A stretch of 64,000 nucleotides of DNA from Caldilineaceae bacterium (GTDB lineage Bacteria > Chloroflexota > Anaerolineae > Caldilineales > Caldilineaceae). The position numbers and the translations under genes are program-made. Below the pieces are notes generated by a model. It was not told the DNA's origin. It saw only the letters and a program-made list of their open reading frames with translations, and did not search any database. The DNA lies in NCBI GenBank assembly GCA_020845455.1, contig JADLFO010000115.1, positions 6,235-70,234 of the forward strand, in the 5' to 3' direction. Numbering within the stretch: position 1 is the stretch's first letter; each line of letters opens with the position of its first letter. Below, piece by piece: positions 27,320 to 35,577 of the stretch.

Positions 27320-28270
27320 GTGGGTGTCTATGCGTTGAAACGGCTGTGGCAGATCGTGCCGGTGATGTTGCTCGTCTCGGTCGCCGTCTTCTCGATCATC
27401 CATCTGATACCGGGCAACCCTGCCCAGATCGTCGCCGGGCCAAATGCCACGCCCGAACAACTGGCCGCGCTGGAGGCGCGCATGGGGCTGGATCAGCCGC
27501 TGTGGACGCAGTATGTCATCTGGCTTAAGAATGTGCTCAGCGGCGACCTGGGCGTCTCCTACATCAACAAATACCCGGTGGGCAAGATGATCGCCCAGCG
27601 CGTCCCGGCCACGGTGGAACTGGCGCTGGTGTCGGGGGTGATTGCGCTGCTCATCGCCCTGCCCTTGGGGATTCTGGCGGCGCTGCGGCCCGGTTCGCCG
27701 ATCGACGTGATCACCACCGGCTTTTCGGCGCTGTCGTTTGCCATGCCCGGCTTCTTTCTGTTGATCCTCTTGATCATGCTCTTTAGCCAAGAACTGCGCT
27801 GGCTGCCGCCTTCGGGCCGGCCTTCGCTGCTGGAACAGCCAGGGCTGTGGGCCAAGTCGGTGATCATGCCCGCCTTTACGCTGGGCATTGGGGTGGCGGC
27901 CAACTTGGTGCGCTATCTGCGTTCCTCGCTGCTGGAGGTCTTGAACCAAGACTATGTGCGCACGGCGCGCGCCAAAGGGCTGGCCGAAAGGTGGGTGATC
28001 TGGCGTCATGCGCTGCCCAACTCGCTGATTCCGGTGGTCACGGTCTTTGGACTGCAACTGGGCGACCTACTAAGCGGCGCGATCATCATCGAGTCGATCT
28101 ATGCCTGGCCCGGTGTGGGCCGGCTTACGATCCAAGCCATCGAATGGCGCGACTATGCCTTATTGCAGGCCAACGTGCTCTTTATCGTCTTGGCCTTTCT
28201 GCTGGTCAACCTGCTCACCGACCTGACCTATGGCTGGTTGGACCCGCGCATCCGTTTGGATCAGGGCTAG
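27320..28270 (+). CDS. ABC transporter permease (DppB/OppB-type)
   Basis: 316 aa, 6 TM helices, signature QDYVRTARAKGLAERWVIWRHALPNS. Confidence 0.9.
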   Translation: MGVYALKRLWQIVPVMLLVSVAVFSIIHLIPGNPAQIVAGPNATPEQLAALEARMGLDQPLWTQYVIWLKNVLSGDLGVSYINKYPVGKMIAQRVPATVELALVSGVIALLIALPLGILAALRPGSPIDVITTGFSALSFAMPGFFLLILLIMLFSQELRWLPPSGRPSLLEQPGLWAKSVIMPAFTLGIGVAANLVRYLRSSLLEVLNQDYVRTARAKGLAERWVIWRHALPNSLIPVVTVFGLQLGDLLSGAIIIESIYAWPGVGRLTIQAIEWRDYALLQANVLFIVLAFLLVNLLTDLTYGWLDPRIRLDQG

Positions 28271-28277
28271 TCATCTC

Positions 28278-29192
28278 ATGTCAACTGCCAATCTCAGCCT
28301 GCGCGAGACCCAGACATCCGATCTGCCTGTGGAGCGCCAAATCCAAGAGGGCCTCACCCGCGCTGCGCTGCGCGCCTTCTTGCGCCACCGCACGGGGATG
28401 GCCGGGCTGATCTTGGTGCTGGCGCTGGCCGCGCTGGCGCTGGCCGCACCCTGGCTGGCCCCCTATGACCCGGTAGAGATGCACAGCGCCGACCGCTTTG
28501 CGCCGCCCTCCGCCGCCTATCTGATGGGGGCCGACGAGTTTGGCCGCGACCTCTGGAGCCGGGTGCTCTTTGGCGGGCGGGTGGCCTTTGCGGTGGGCGG
28601 CGTGTCGGTGGCGCTCGCCACGCTGATCGGCGTGACGCTGGGGGCCATCGCCGGCTATGAGTCGGGCTGGTTCGACTCGGTGGTCATGCGCTTCTTTGAC
28701 GCGCTGCTGGCCTTCCCGGCGATCCTGCTGGCGATTGTGATCCTGGCGGTGTTGGGGCCGGGCGCGCGCAATGCCATGCTGGCCGTGGCGATCGTCAATA
28801 TCCCGATCTTTGCGCGGCTGGCGCGCGCCAATGTGCTGGCCGAAAAGCACAAAGACTATGTGGACGCGACGCGCGCCATCGGCGCGCCGCACCGCCGCAT
28901 TCTGTTCCGCACCATCTTGCCCAACAGCTTGGCGACCATCATCGTGCAGATGACGGTCTCGTTTGCGGGCGCGGTGCTGCTCGAATCGTCGTTGAGCTTT
29001 TTGGGGCTGGGCGTGCCGCTGCCCGCGCCGTCGTGGGGGTCGATGTTGAGCATCGGGCGCGGCTATATGTCCCAATCTCCCTGGTATTCGATCTTCCCCG
29101 GCCTGGCGATCATGCTGCTGGTGCTGGGGGTCTATCTGCTGGGCGACGGTCTGCGCGATGTGCTGGACCCGCGACGGCAGAAATCCATTTAG
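28278..29192 (+). CDS. ABC transporter permease (DppC/OppC-type)
   Basis: Likely start ATG 28278 (MSTANLSL). GADEFGRDLWSRVLFG, KDYVDATRAIGAPHRRILFRTILPNS. Confidence 0.9.
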   Translation: MSTANLSLRETQTSDLPVERQIQEGLTRAALRAFLRHRTGMAGLILVLALAALALAAPWLAPYDPVEMHSADRFAPPSAAYLMGADEFGRDLWSRVLFGGRVAFAVGGVSVALATLIGVTLGAIAGYESGWFDSVVMRFFDALLAFPAILLAIVILAVLGPGARNAMLAVAIVNIPIFARLARANVLAEKHKDYVDATRAIGAPHRRILFRTILPNSLATIIVQMTVSFAGAVLLESSLSFLGLGVPLPAPSWGSMLSIGRGYMSQSPWYSIFPGLAIMLLVLGVYLLGDGLRDVLDPRRQKSI

Positions 29193-29209
29193 CTCTATCC
29201 ATGAGCAAA

Positions 29210-29244
29210 GCAGCGACCGCCGCTTGTCAAGCGGCGGTCGCTGC
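29210..29244 (+). terminator. 16-bp perfect hairpin after the permease gene
   Basis: GCAGCGACCGCCGCTT-GTC-AAGCGGCGGTCGCTGC, 18 nt after the stop at 29192. Confidence 0.5.
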
Positions 29245-29266
29245 AACCGAAAGGAGCAGGAATCTC

Positions 29267-30271
29267 GTGACATCCAGCATGAACCATTGGGAGCGCGTGC
29301 GGGCCGCGCTCAAGGGCGAAGAGGTCGACCGCGTGCCTGTCAGCCTGTGGCGGCACTGGCCGGTCGAGGATGAAACCGCCCAAGGGCTTGCCAACGCCAT
29401 GGTGCGCTGGCAGCGCCAATATGACTTTGACCTGGTCAAGTTTATGCCCACCGGCATGTACGGCGTGCATGACTGGGGCACACAGACGGTCTATAACCCC
29501 GGCTTCCGCGGCAACCGCATCTCCACCAAGCCGGGGCTGACCCAGGCCGAGGAATGGCCCAAGCTGGCAGCGCTCGACCCGACCCAAGGCGCACTCGGCC
29601 AAGAGGTGGAGGCCATCCGCCTGGCCGCCGAGGAACTCAAGGGCAGCGTGCCCATCTTGCAGACGATCTTTAGCCCGCTGACCACGGCGATCAAGCTGGC
29701 GGGCGACCGCGTGCATGGCGATATGCGGCTGCGCCCCGACCTGCTCAAGCAGGGGCTGGAGATCATCGCCGATGTGACGATCCGTTTCGCCCAGGCCTGT
29801 TTGCAGGCGGGCGCACACGGCGTCTTTTTCGCCACACAGGGGGCCAGCTATCGGCTCTTCAGCGAGGCAGAGTACAGCGAGTTTGGCGCGACCTATGACA
29901 TCAAGGTGCTCAACGCCATCCGCACCGACGAGACGCTCAATATGCTGCATGTTCATGGCCTCGACATCATGTTCGACCTGGCCGCCAGCTACCCGGTCGA
30001 GATGATCAACTGGCACGACCGTCTGACCTGGCCCTCGCTCAAAGAGGCGCAGAGCCGCTTCGACGGGCTGCTGGTGGGCGGTATCGACGACCAGGTGACG
30101 ATTGCCGAAGGGCCGATCGACAAGATCCGCTGGCAGGCGCGCGACGCCGTCGAGCAGACCGGCGGGCGGCGCATTCTGGTGGGGCCGGGCTGTGTGATCC
30201 CGACCAACACGCCCGACGCGCATGTGCGCGCCGTGATCGGGGCCGTGCAGGAGATGGCTGCGGTCAAGTGA
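29267..30271 (+). CDS. Uroporphyrinogen-decarboxylase (URO-D) family protein
   Basis: Probable GTG start at 29267, 10 nt after AAGGAG (29251-29256); ATG 29279 is an alternative. MNHWERVRAALKGEEVDRVPVSLWRHWP..., FDLVKFMPTGMY, TIM-barrel-like length. Confidence 0.75.
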   Translation: MTSSMNHWERVRAALKGEEVDRVPVSLWRHWPVEDETAQGLANAMVRWQRQYDFDLVKFMPTGMYGVHDWGTQTVYNPGFRGNRISTKPGLTQAEEWPKLAALDPTQGALGQEVEAIRLAAEELKGSVPILQTIFSPLTTAIKLAGDRVHGDMRLRPDLLKQGLEIIADVTIRFAQACLQAGAHGVFFATQGASYRLFSEAEYSEFGATYDIKVLNAIRTDETLNMLHVHGLDIMFDLAASYPVEMINWHDRLTWPSLKEAQSRFDGLLVGGIDDQVTIAEGPIDKIRWQARDAVEQTGGRRILVGPGCVIPTNTPDAHVRAVIGAVQEMAAVK

Positions 30272-30356
30272 GCTACATTCGTATCAAGCCGCCAGGCCCG
30301 TACGGGCCTGGCGGCATCACAACAGCGCCCGAACCTGGCCGGACTATAGTAACCCC

Positions 30357-31541
30357 ATGATCTACCCCATCACTGAACGGCAGGCACGGTTTATCGGCGT
30401 CGCGCGCAAGCTGGCCGCCAACTTCGGCCGCCGCGCTGCCGAACATGACCGCGCCGGCAGCTTTCCGTTTGAAAATATCGACGAACTCCGCGCCAGCGGG
30501 CTGCCCGGCCTGATCGTGCCGGAGGAGTTTGGCGGCTGGGGCGCAAACCTGCTGGAGACGCTGCGTACCGTGGAGACGCTGGCTGTGGGCGACGGCAGCA
30601 CCGCGCTCAGCGTCACCATGCATATGCAGACCTTGGGCAGCGCCGCCGAGACCCGCCACTGGCCACAGCCGCTCTTCCGCCGCGTCTGCGAGGCCGCGGT
30701 GCAGCGCGGCGCGCTGATCAACGCCCTGGCAAGCGAGCCGGAACTGGGCAGCCCCAGCCGCGGCGGTAAACCCAAGACCACGGCGCGGCCCGTGTCCGCC
30801 ATGGGTGATCGCCCCGCAGGTTGGCTGATCAATGGGCGCAAGAACTTCGCCAGCCTCAGCCCGGCGCTGGACTATATGGTGATCCTGGCGGCGCGCGAGG
30901 ACGGCAGCGACGCCAACGGCAACTTTGTGGTCGAGATAGGGCCGGGTGTCGAGATCGTCGAAACCTGGGACGCCATGGGCATGCGCTCCACCGGCAGCCA
31001 TGACGTGCTGCTGCACGATGTCTTTGTGCCCGCCGAGGCCTTGATCCACGCCGGCGGTAAGGGCGGACAGCCGCGCACCAATGCCTGGTTCCCGCTCACC
31101 CTCAGCGCCGTTTATGTGGGGGTGTCCGAGGCTGCGCTGCGCAGCGCAGCCGCCTATGCCCATGAACGCGTCCCCACTGCCCTGGGCAAACCGATCGCCG
31201 AGTTGGAGAGCATCCAGCGGCGGCTGGGTCAGGCCGAACTGCTGCTGCACCAGGGGCGTGCCCTGCTCTATCAGACGGCTGCGCTGTGGGATGAACGCCC
31301 CGACTGCCGCGATGCCCTGGCCGAATCGATCCTCGTCGCCAAATATACCGCCACCAATAATGCTGTGGCCGCCGTCGACGCCTGTATGCGTGTGGTGGGC
31401 GGCGCGGGCATGAGCCGCAGCCTGCCGCTGGAACGCTATTACCGCGACGTGCGCGGCGGACTCAACCACCCCATGAACGACGACCAACTCTATGTTCACC
31501 TGGGGCAGAATGTCTTGGCCCGCCCCCAAGGAACCGCCTAG
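30357..31541 (+). CDS. Acyl-CoA dehydrogenase family protein
   Basis: 394 aa. ...AAEHDRAGSFPFENIDELRASGLPGLIVPEEFGGWGANLLE..., WDAMGMRSTGSHDVLLHDVFVP, C-terminal helical domain. Confidence 0.85.
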   Translation: MIYPITERQARFIGVARKLAANFGRRAAEHDRAGSFPFENIDELRASGLPGLIVPEEFGGWGANLLETLRTVETLAVGDGSTALSVTMHMQTLGSAAETRHWPQPLFRRVCEAAVQRGALINALASEPELGSPSRGGKPKTTARPVSAMGDRPAGWLINGRKNFASLSPALDYMVILAAREDGSDANGNFVVEIGPGVEIVETWDAMGMRSTGSHDVLLHDVFVPAEALIHAGGKGGQPRTNAWFPLTLSAVYVGVSEAALRSAAAYAHERVPTALGKPIAELESIQRRLGQAELLLHQGRALLYQTAALWDERPDCRDALAESILVAKYTATNNAVAAVDACMRVVGGAGMSRSLPLERYYRDVRGGLNHPMNDDQLYVHLGQNVLARPQGTA

Positions 31542-31561
31542 CCCCGCGCGAGGATCCCGCC

Positions 31562-32251
31562 ATGTGCCCGTCCCCCGCATCCCCCCGCCCCGTGCCCCAA
31601 GCGCCCACGCCGCCGTCGACAGACGCGCCGCCGCGGCCCCAGTGGGGGATGCTGCTCACCGGGCTGCTGGCGGGCTTGCTGTTGAGCGGCGGCGCGCTGC
31701 TGGTCTGGGATCGGCCCAGCCCGCCGCCGATCGCGATCCAACTGCCGCCCACCGCGCTCCCGGCGCTCGATCCACTGCTGCCCGCCCCCGCGTCCCCTAC
31801 CCCCGCACCTGTCGTGGTGCATGTCGCGGGCGCGGTGCGGCAGCCGGGCGTCTATACGCTGCCTGCCGGCGCGCGCGTGGTAAACGCGCTGGAGGCCGCG
31901 GGCGGCTTGTCGCCGGATGCCGACGCGGTCGCCGTCAACCAGGCCGAAGCGCTGTGGGACGGCGCGCAGGTCTATGTGCCGCGCCTGGCCGACGGCGCGA
32001 CCCCGCCCGTCATCGGCGTCTCTGGGGAGAGCCGCGCCGCGACCGTGGCGCTCCCTGAGAGTGGGGCCGGCTTGATCAACGTCAACAGCGCCACGGCTGA
32101 GGAGTTGGAGACTCTGCCGGGGATCGGCCCCAGCAAGGCGCAGGCGATCATCGCCAATCGGCCCTATGCGTCGGTCGACGACCTGGATCGCGTGCCCGGC
32201 ATCGGCCCGGCCACGCTGGAGCAGTTGCGCCCGCTCGTCACGGTGCAGTAG
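31562..32251 (+). CDS. comEA: ComEA-like DNA-binding protein (SLBB plus tandem helix-hairpin-helix)
   Basis: TM anchor; VVVHVAGAVRQPGVYTLPAGARVVNALEAAGG; INVNSATAEELETLPGIGPSKAQAIIANRPYASVDDLDRVPGIGPATLEQL. Confidence 0.85.
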   Translation: MCPSPASPRPVPQAPTPPSTDAPPRPQWGMLLTGLLAGLLLSGGALLVWDRPSPPPIAIQLPPTALPALDPLLPAPASPTPAPVVVHVAGAVRQPGVYTLPAGARVVNALEAAGGLSPDADAVAVNQAEALWDGAQVYVPRLADGATPPVIGVSGESRAATVALPESGAGLINVNSATAEELETLPGIGPSKAQAIIANRPYASVDDLDRVPGIGPATLEQLRPLVTVQ

Positions 32252-32257
32252 AACTCG

Positions 32258-32282
32258 GGCCGCGCTTATTGGCCGCGCGGCC
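32258..32282 (+). terminator. 8-bp GC hairpin after comEA
   Basis: GGCCGCGC-N9-GCGCGGCC. Confidence 0.35.
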
Positions 32283-32392
32283 ACGCCGTTTGATTCAGCC
32301 AGAATTCCGCCAGAAGATGTCTCGTCTAGGATCAGGCCAGCCCACACAGCATGGCAGATGGGGACCTGATAGAGCAAGGATGAGACAACCCA

Positions 32393-33010
32393 ATGGCAAC
32401 CGAGCCAACGGCCACCGAGAACGACAAGCTGCCGCAGGCGGGGCGACCGTCTACGCCGGGCGAGCCGCCGGTCACAGACAGCCCCGCCGCAAACCGCTCA
32501 GGCCGCTCTGACGAAGGTGCGGCCGCGAATATGGATACGGCGAACGCCGATACTGCGAACGCCGATACTGCGAACGCCGATACGGCTGTTGTGCAGTGCG
32601 CCAACCTCTTTTTGAATGTGCGCCGGCTGCTTTTTTTGAGCTTGGGCGCGCTGGCGCTGACTGCCGACGAGGCACGCGACTTTGTCGAGCGGCTGGGCGA
32701 GCGCGGCGACCTAGCCCCCGGCGCTCCCCCCGAGCTGGCCCAAGAAGAGCTAGAGCGCTGGGTAGACGACCTGCATCATCAGCATCCTGTCTTGACGGCG
32801 GATGGCGACCGCGCACACAGCGCCGGCCGGGTCGATGTGCTGTGGGGGCGGCTGCGTGTGCCCACCCGCCGTGAGATCGAAGCCCTCAGCCGCAAGATCA
32901 GCGCACTGGATCAAAAACTGGCGGCGCTGCGCGCTGCGCGCACGGCTGTCCCGCCCTCTGCCTCATCCACGTCCGGCCCTGCCGCGCCACCTGAATCCGG
33001 GCCGCGCTGA
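32393..33010 (+). CDS. Phasin-like (PHA-granule-associated family) protein with an N-terminal low-complexity region
   Basis: VRRLLFLSLGALALTADEARDFVERLGERGDL and C-terminal LRVPTRREIEALSRKISALDQKLAAL resemble phasin/PhaF-type proteins. It contains the in-frame 15-nt x3 repeat (ANADT)3. Confidence 0.5.
   Translation: MATEPTATENDKLPQAGRPSTPGEPPVTDSPAANRSGRSDEGAAANMDTANADTANADTANADTAVVQCANLFLNVRRLLFLSLGALALTADEARDFVERLGERGDLAPGAPPELAQEELERWVDDLHHQHPVLTADGDRAHSAGRVDVLWGRLRVPTRREIEALSRKISALDQKLAALRAARTAVPPSASSTSGPAAPPESGPR
32540..32584 (+). repeat. Coding tandem repeat, 3 x 15 nt (GCGAACGCCGATACT)
   Basis: Read directly. It encodes ANADT x3 inside 32393..33010. Confidence 0.9.
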
Positions 33011-33130
33011 TTTGCTCTTTGCCCTCAGATAGCCTATCATCGCGGTCTGCGCATGCCGGCGCGCTTAGCTTATTGCCGATGCTGGTTCTTAACGCTTGTA
33101 TCCACGGATCTCGACGAGAAGGGGGAGAGA

Positions 33131-33772
33131 ATGCGATTGATTGGCGCTGCCCTGTTTACCATCCTACTTGGCGCAGGGGCCTGCGCCGTGCCGCAGGTGA
33201 CGCCCGCCGCCGCGCCGCAGGTGACGCCCGCCGCCGCGCCGCAGGTGACGCCCGCCGCCGTGCTGCCGGCAGCTGAAGCGACCGCGGGCGGCGCGCCCGC
33301 CGGCCTGGAATTCGCCGCGCTGCAAAACGCGACCTATGCCGGCATCTATGACGATCCCGTGCAGTTGCACGACGGGCGCTATGAGGGGGAGCCGTTTGTC
33401 GCCGGCGGCGCCTCGCGGCCCACGGTGACGCTGGCGACCAGCGCTGCGGCCTACGGCGACCTCACCGGCGACGGCGTGGACGAGGCCGCGGTGATCTTGG
33501 CCGAAAGCTCGGGCGGCAGCGGCACCTTTATCTATCTGGCGGTGGTCGGTCTGGCCGAGGGCGCGCCGCGCAACCTAGCAACGGCGCTGCTCGGCGACCG
33601 CGTGCAGGTCGAAGAGCTTGCCATCGCCGACGGGCAGCTTATCCTCCAGGTTATGCGGGCCGGGCCGCGAGCGCCGGCATGTTGCCCCGAGGAAGCCCTC
33701 ACCCAAAAATGGGCCTTGGAGGGGGGCGAACTTATCTTGGTGGCGGGTGAGCCGATTCAATCGGACGAGTAG
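33131..33772 (+). CDS. Lipoprotein of unknown function
   Basis: ATG 33131 after GGGGGAGAGA. Lipobox MRLIGAALFTILLGAGAC, then a (PQVTPAAA)x3 linker. GDLTGDGVDEAAV is FG-GAP-like. Confidence 0.6.
   Translation: MRLIGAALFTILLGAGACAVPQVTPAAAPQVTPAAAPQVTPAAVLPAAEATAGGAPAGLEFAALQNATYAGIYDDPVQLHDGRYEGEPFVAGGASRPTVTLATSAAAYGDLTGDGVDEAAVILAESSGGSGTFIYLAVVGLAEGAPRNLATALLGDRVQVEELAIADGQLILQVMRAGPRAPACCPEEALTQKWALEGGELILVAGEPIQSDE
33191..33262 (+). repeat. Coding tandem repeat, 3 x 24 nt (CCGCAGGTGACGCCCGCCGCCGCG)
   Basis: Read directly. It encodes the PQVTPAAA x3 linker of the lipoprotein. Confidence 0.9.
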
Positions 33773-34322
33773 ATGACCTTGTAGACCACGCCAGCGGCAT
33801 AGTCGCCCACCACCAGATCGTCCACCGAGCCGAGACCAAAATAGATCCAATGGCCGCCCGTCTCGCCGCTGAAAGGGTCGGGGTCAGGGTTCCAGACCAG
33901 GCCGTTGTTTTGGTGGCGGCCCCAGCGCAGGCCGCTGATGCGCGTCTCGAAGAGGCTGGCTGCGCCGTCGCCATCCAGATACGCACCAACTGGCCGCGGC
34001 CCCCTACCCAGACCGCGCCGTCCAGAGGGTCGTAGGGCAGCCCGACCACTTCGGGGAAGCCGGTGGCGTAGAGCCGCCGGATGTCATACTGCCCATCTCC
34101 ATCCTGATCTGTATACCGCCAGATGCGCCCCTCTTGCAGGCTGACCAGCATGTCGCCGCCGGGCGTAAACTCAATCTGCGTCATCCTGGCCAGACCTTGC
34201 GCCAAGGGCTGCGCCACAAAACCGGGCGGCATCTGCAGCCCAGCCGCCAGCGCATCGCTCGCCGCGTCGATCGAAACCGCCTGCGACCAGACCGGCACAA
34301 AGCGGACGCTGTGGATCGCCAA
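33757..34322 (-). pseudogene. Relic of a PQQ-dependent sugar (sorbosone/glucose) dehydrogenase-like beta-propeller gene, truncated and frameshifted
   Basis: The first ~105 aa of ORF 33732..34322 are sensible (PPGFVAQPLAQGLARMTQIEFTPGGDMLVSLQEGRIWRYTDQDGDG...), then low-complexity junk. A shifted frame from ~34000 reads YLDGDGAASLFETRISGLRWGRHQNNGLVWNPDPDPFSGETGGHWIYFGLGSVDDLVVGDYAAGVVYKVIYSSD, with stop at 33757-33759. The total is ~190 aa, apparently too short for an intact multi-blade beta-propeller of this family. Confidence 0.45.
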
Positions 34323-34441
34323 ACTGCGAACTAGTTTAGTGTGGCGCAGACGCCGCCGCGGGCGTAAATCCGGCGCGTATCTATGCGCGCGGCTGCACGT
34401 CTTCTAGGATAGAGAAGGATAGAGAAGGATATTAGCAGGCT

Positions 34442-35395
34442 GTGGGCGCGGTCGCCGGGTGGGCCGGGGTCGCGCCCCGCAGAGGAAGGTCTTTGACGGA
34501 CGAATCGACGGCTCCCCGGCTGCCGCTCAAGCCGGTGTGGATTCACGACCTGTTGATCTTGTGGCGGCGTAACCAGTCGGTTGCGCTGCTCTTGGAGCGG
34601 GCCGGCGACTATGCCGCCCAGGAGATCCGCAGCGCAAGCGTGCGCCGCGCCGTGCTCGCCCAGATCGCGGCGCATTTTGTCGAGACGCGCCGCCACGGCA
34701 AGGCGGCGCGCACGCTGCCGCAAAATGTCTGGGCCGGCTACAGCCGCAACTTTCCCGCCGCCGCGCTGGCCCCGGCCTATCTGGTCCATTTGGCGGCGCA
34801 GTGGCCGCTGGCACTCGACTTGACCGCGGCCTTGGCCGGCAGGCTGACGCCGGGTCAAGGGCTGGACCAGGTCTTCGACGAGGCGCTGCTGGCCCAACTG
34901 CTCGGCACGGGGCCGGGCGGCAGCGCCGAGCCGGACGGTGGGCGTCCGGCCGAGCTGGACGCCTGGCTGCGCACGCTGCACTATTTTGGCTTGCTGGCGG
35001 CACGGCGCAGCGCCGGCGTCGAGGCCCTGGCCGGACGCTATGTCTTTGCCGGTCGCATGGCCGTGCCGCCGCCGATCTTCCCGCTCTTGGTCTGGACCTG
35101 GTGGCAGCGGCAGGGGACGCCCATCGTGGACTTGGCGGACTTTGCCCGCTCGCCGCTGCTGGGTTGGATGGCAGCCGAGGATTTCGCCGCAGGCTGGACG
35201 GCTGCCGCGGGCAAGCTCTGGACGCTGGACGCGTCGGGCTGTTCTGCTCGGCTGCACCCCGGCGACCGCGCCGAGTTTGTGCGGGCGCTGCTCAATTTGC
35301 TCTCCACCGATGGGCGCCGCGGGCGCAACCTGCCGCGCCGGGGCGAACCGCCCGAACCGCCCGCCGAAGCGGCGGTGCGGGCGAGTCACAGCTAG
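34442..35395 (+). CDS. Hypothetical protein with no recognisable family
   Basis: 317-aa ORF (GTG start) with ordinary, non-junk composition. It is followed by a canonical intrinsic terminator at 35426-35466. The overlapping antisense ORF 34331..35566 is Arg-rich junk. Confidence 0.45.
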   Translation: MGAVAGWAGVAPRRGRSLTDESTAPRLPLKPVWIHDLLILWRRNQSVALLLERAGDYAAQEIRSASVRRAVLAQIAAHFVETRRHGKAARTLPQNVWAGYSRNFPAAALAPAYLVHLAAQWPLALDLTAALAGRLTPGQGLDQVFDEALLAQLLGTGPGGSAEPDGGRPAELDAWLRTLHYFGLLAARRSAGVEALAGRYVFAGRMAVPPPIFPLLVWTWWQRQGTPIVDLADFARSPLLGWMAAEDFAAGWTAAAGKLWTLDASGCSARLHPGDRAEFVRALLNLLSTDGRRGRNLPRRGEPPEPPAEAAVRASHS

Positions 35396-35425
35396 ACAAC
35401 ACCTCAACCACCCACCTTTGGTCTG

Positions 35426-35466
35426 GCAGAGGGGGACGGCGCAACTGCCGTCCCCCTCTGCTTTTG
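35426..35466 (+). terminator. Intrinsic terminator (15-bp stem plus T-run)
   Basis: GCAGAGGGGGACGGC-GCAACT-GCCGTCCCCCTCTGC followed by TTTT, 30 nt after the stop at 35395. Confidence 0.7.
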
Positions 35467-35500
35467 CTCTGGCACTTTCAGGGGTACAATAGCCGATATT

Positions 35501-35551
35501 GGCGACGGTCGTCGCCGTTGACCATCCTGGCGACGGTCGTCGCCGTTGACC
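35501..35551. promoter_or_regulatory. Two direct copies of a 23-nt element, each containing a 6-bp/4-nt-loop palindrome; candidate operator upstream of the CPBP protease gene
   Basis: GGCGACGGTCGTCGCCGTTGACC at 35501-35523 and 35529-35551, separated by ATCCT. It lies 27 nt upstream of ATG 35578. Confidence 0.4.
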
Positions 35552-35577
35552 GCAGCACCGCATCATTGACTAAATCT

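Noticed and set aside
24249-30271. Corrinoid-dependent methyltransferase system (B12-binding protein plus a URO-D/MtaA-like protein)
   Set aside because: The B12 domain is clearly of the methylmalonyl-CoA-mutase type, with MeaB fused into its operon. It lies on the opposite strand, 4.5 kb from the URO-D-like gene, with an ABC importer in between.
32540-33262. Possible CRISPR-like or minisatellite arrays (15-nt x3, 24-nt x3)
   Set aside because: The repeats are contiguous with no spacers, in frame inside ORFs, and encode low-complexity linkers. There are no cas genes.
33732-34322. 196-aa ORF as an intact gene
   Set aside because: The C-terminal ~90 aa are Ala/Ser/Thr/Arg/Trp junk, while a shifted frame gives dehydrogenase-like sequence. 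I call it a pseudogene.
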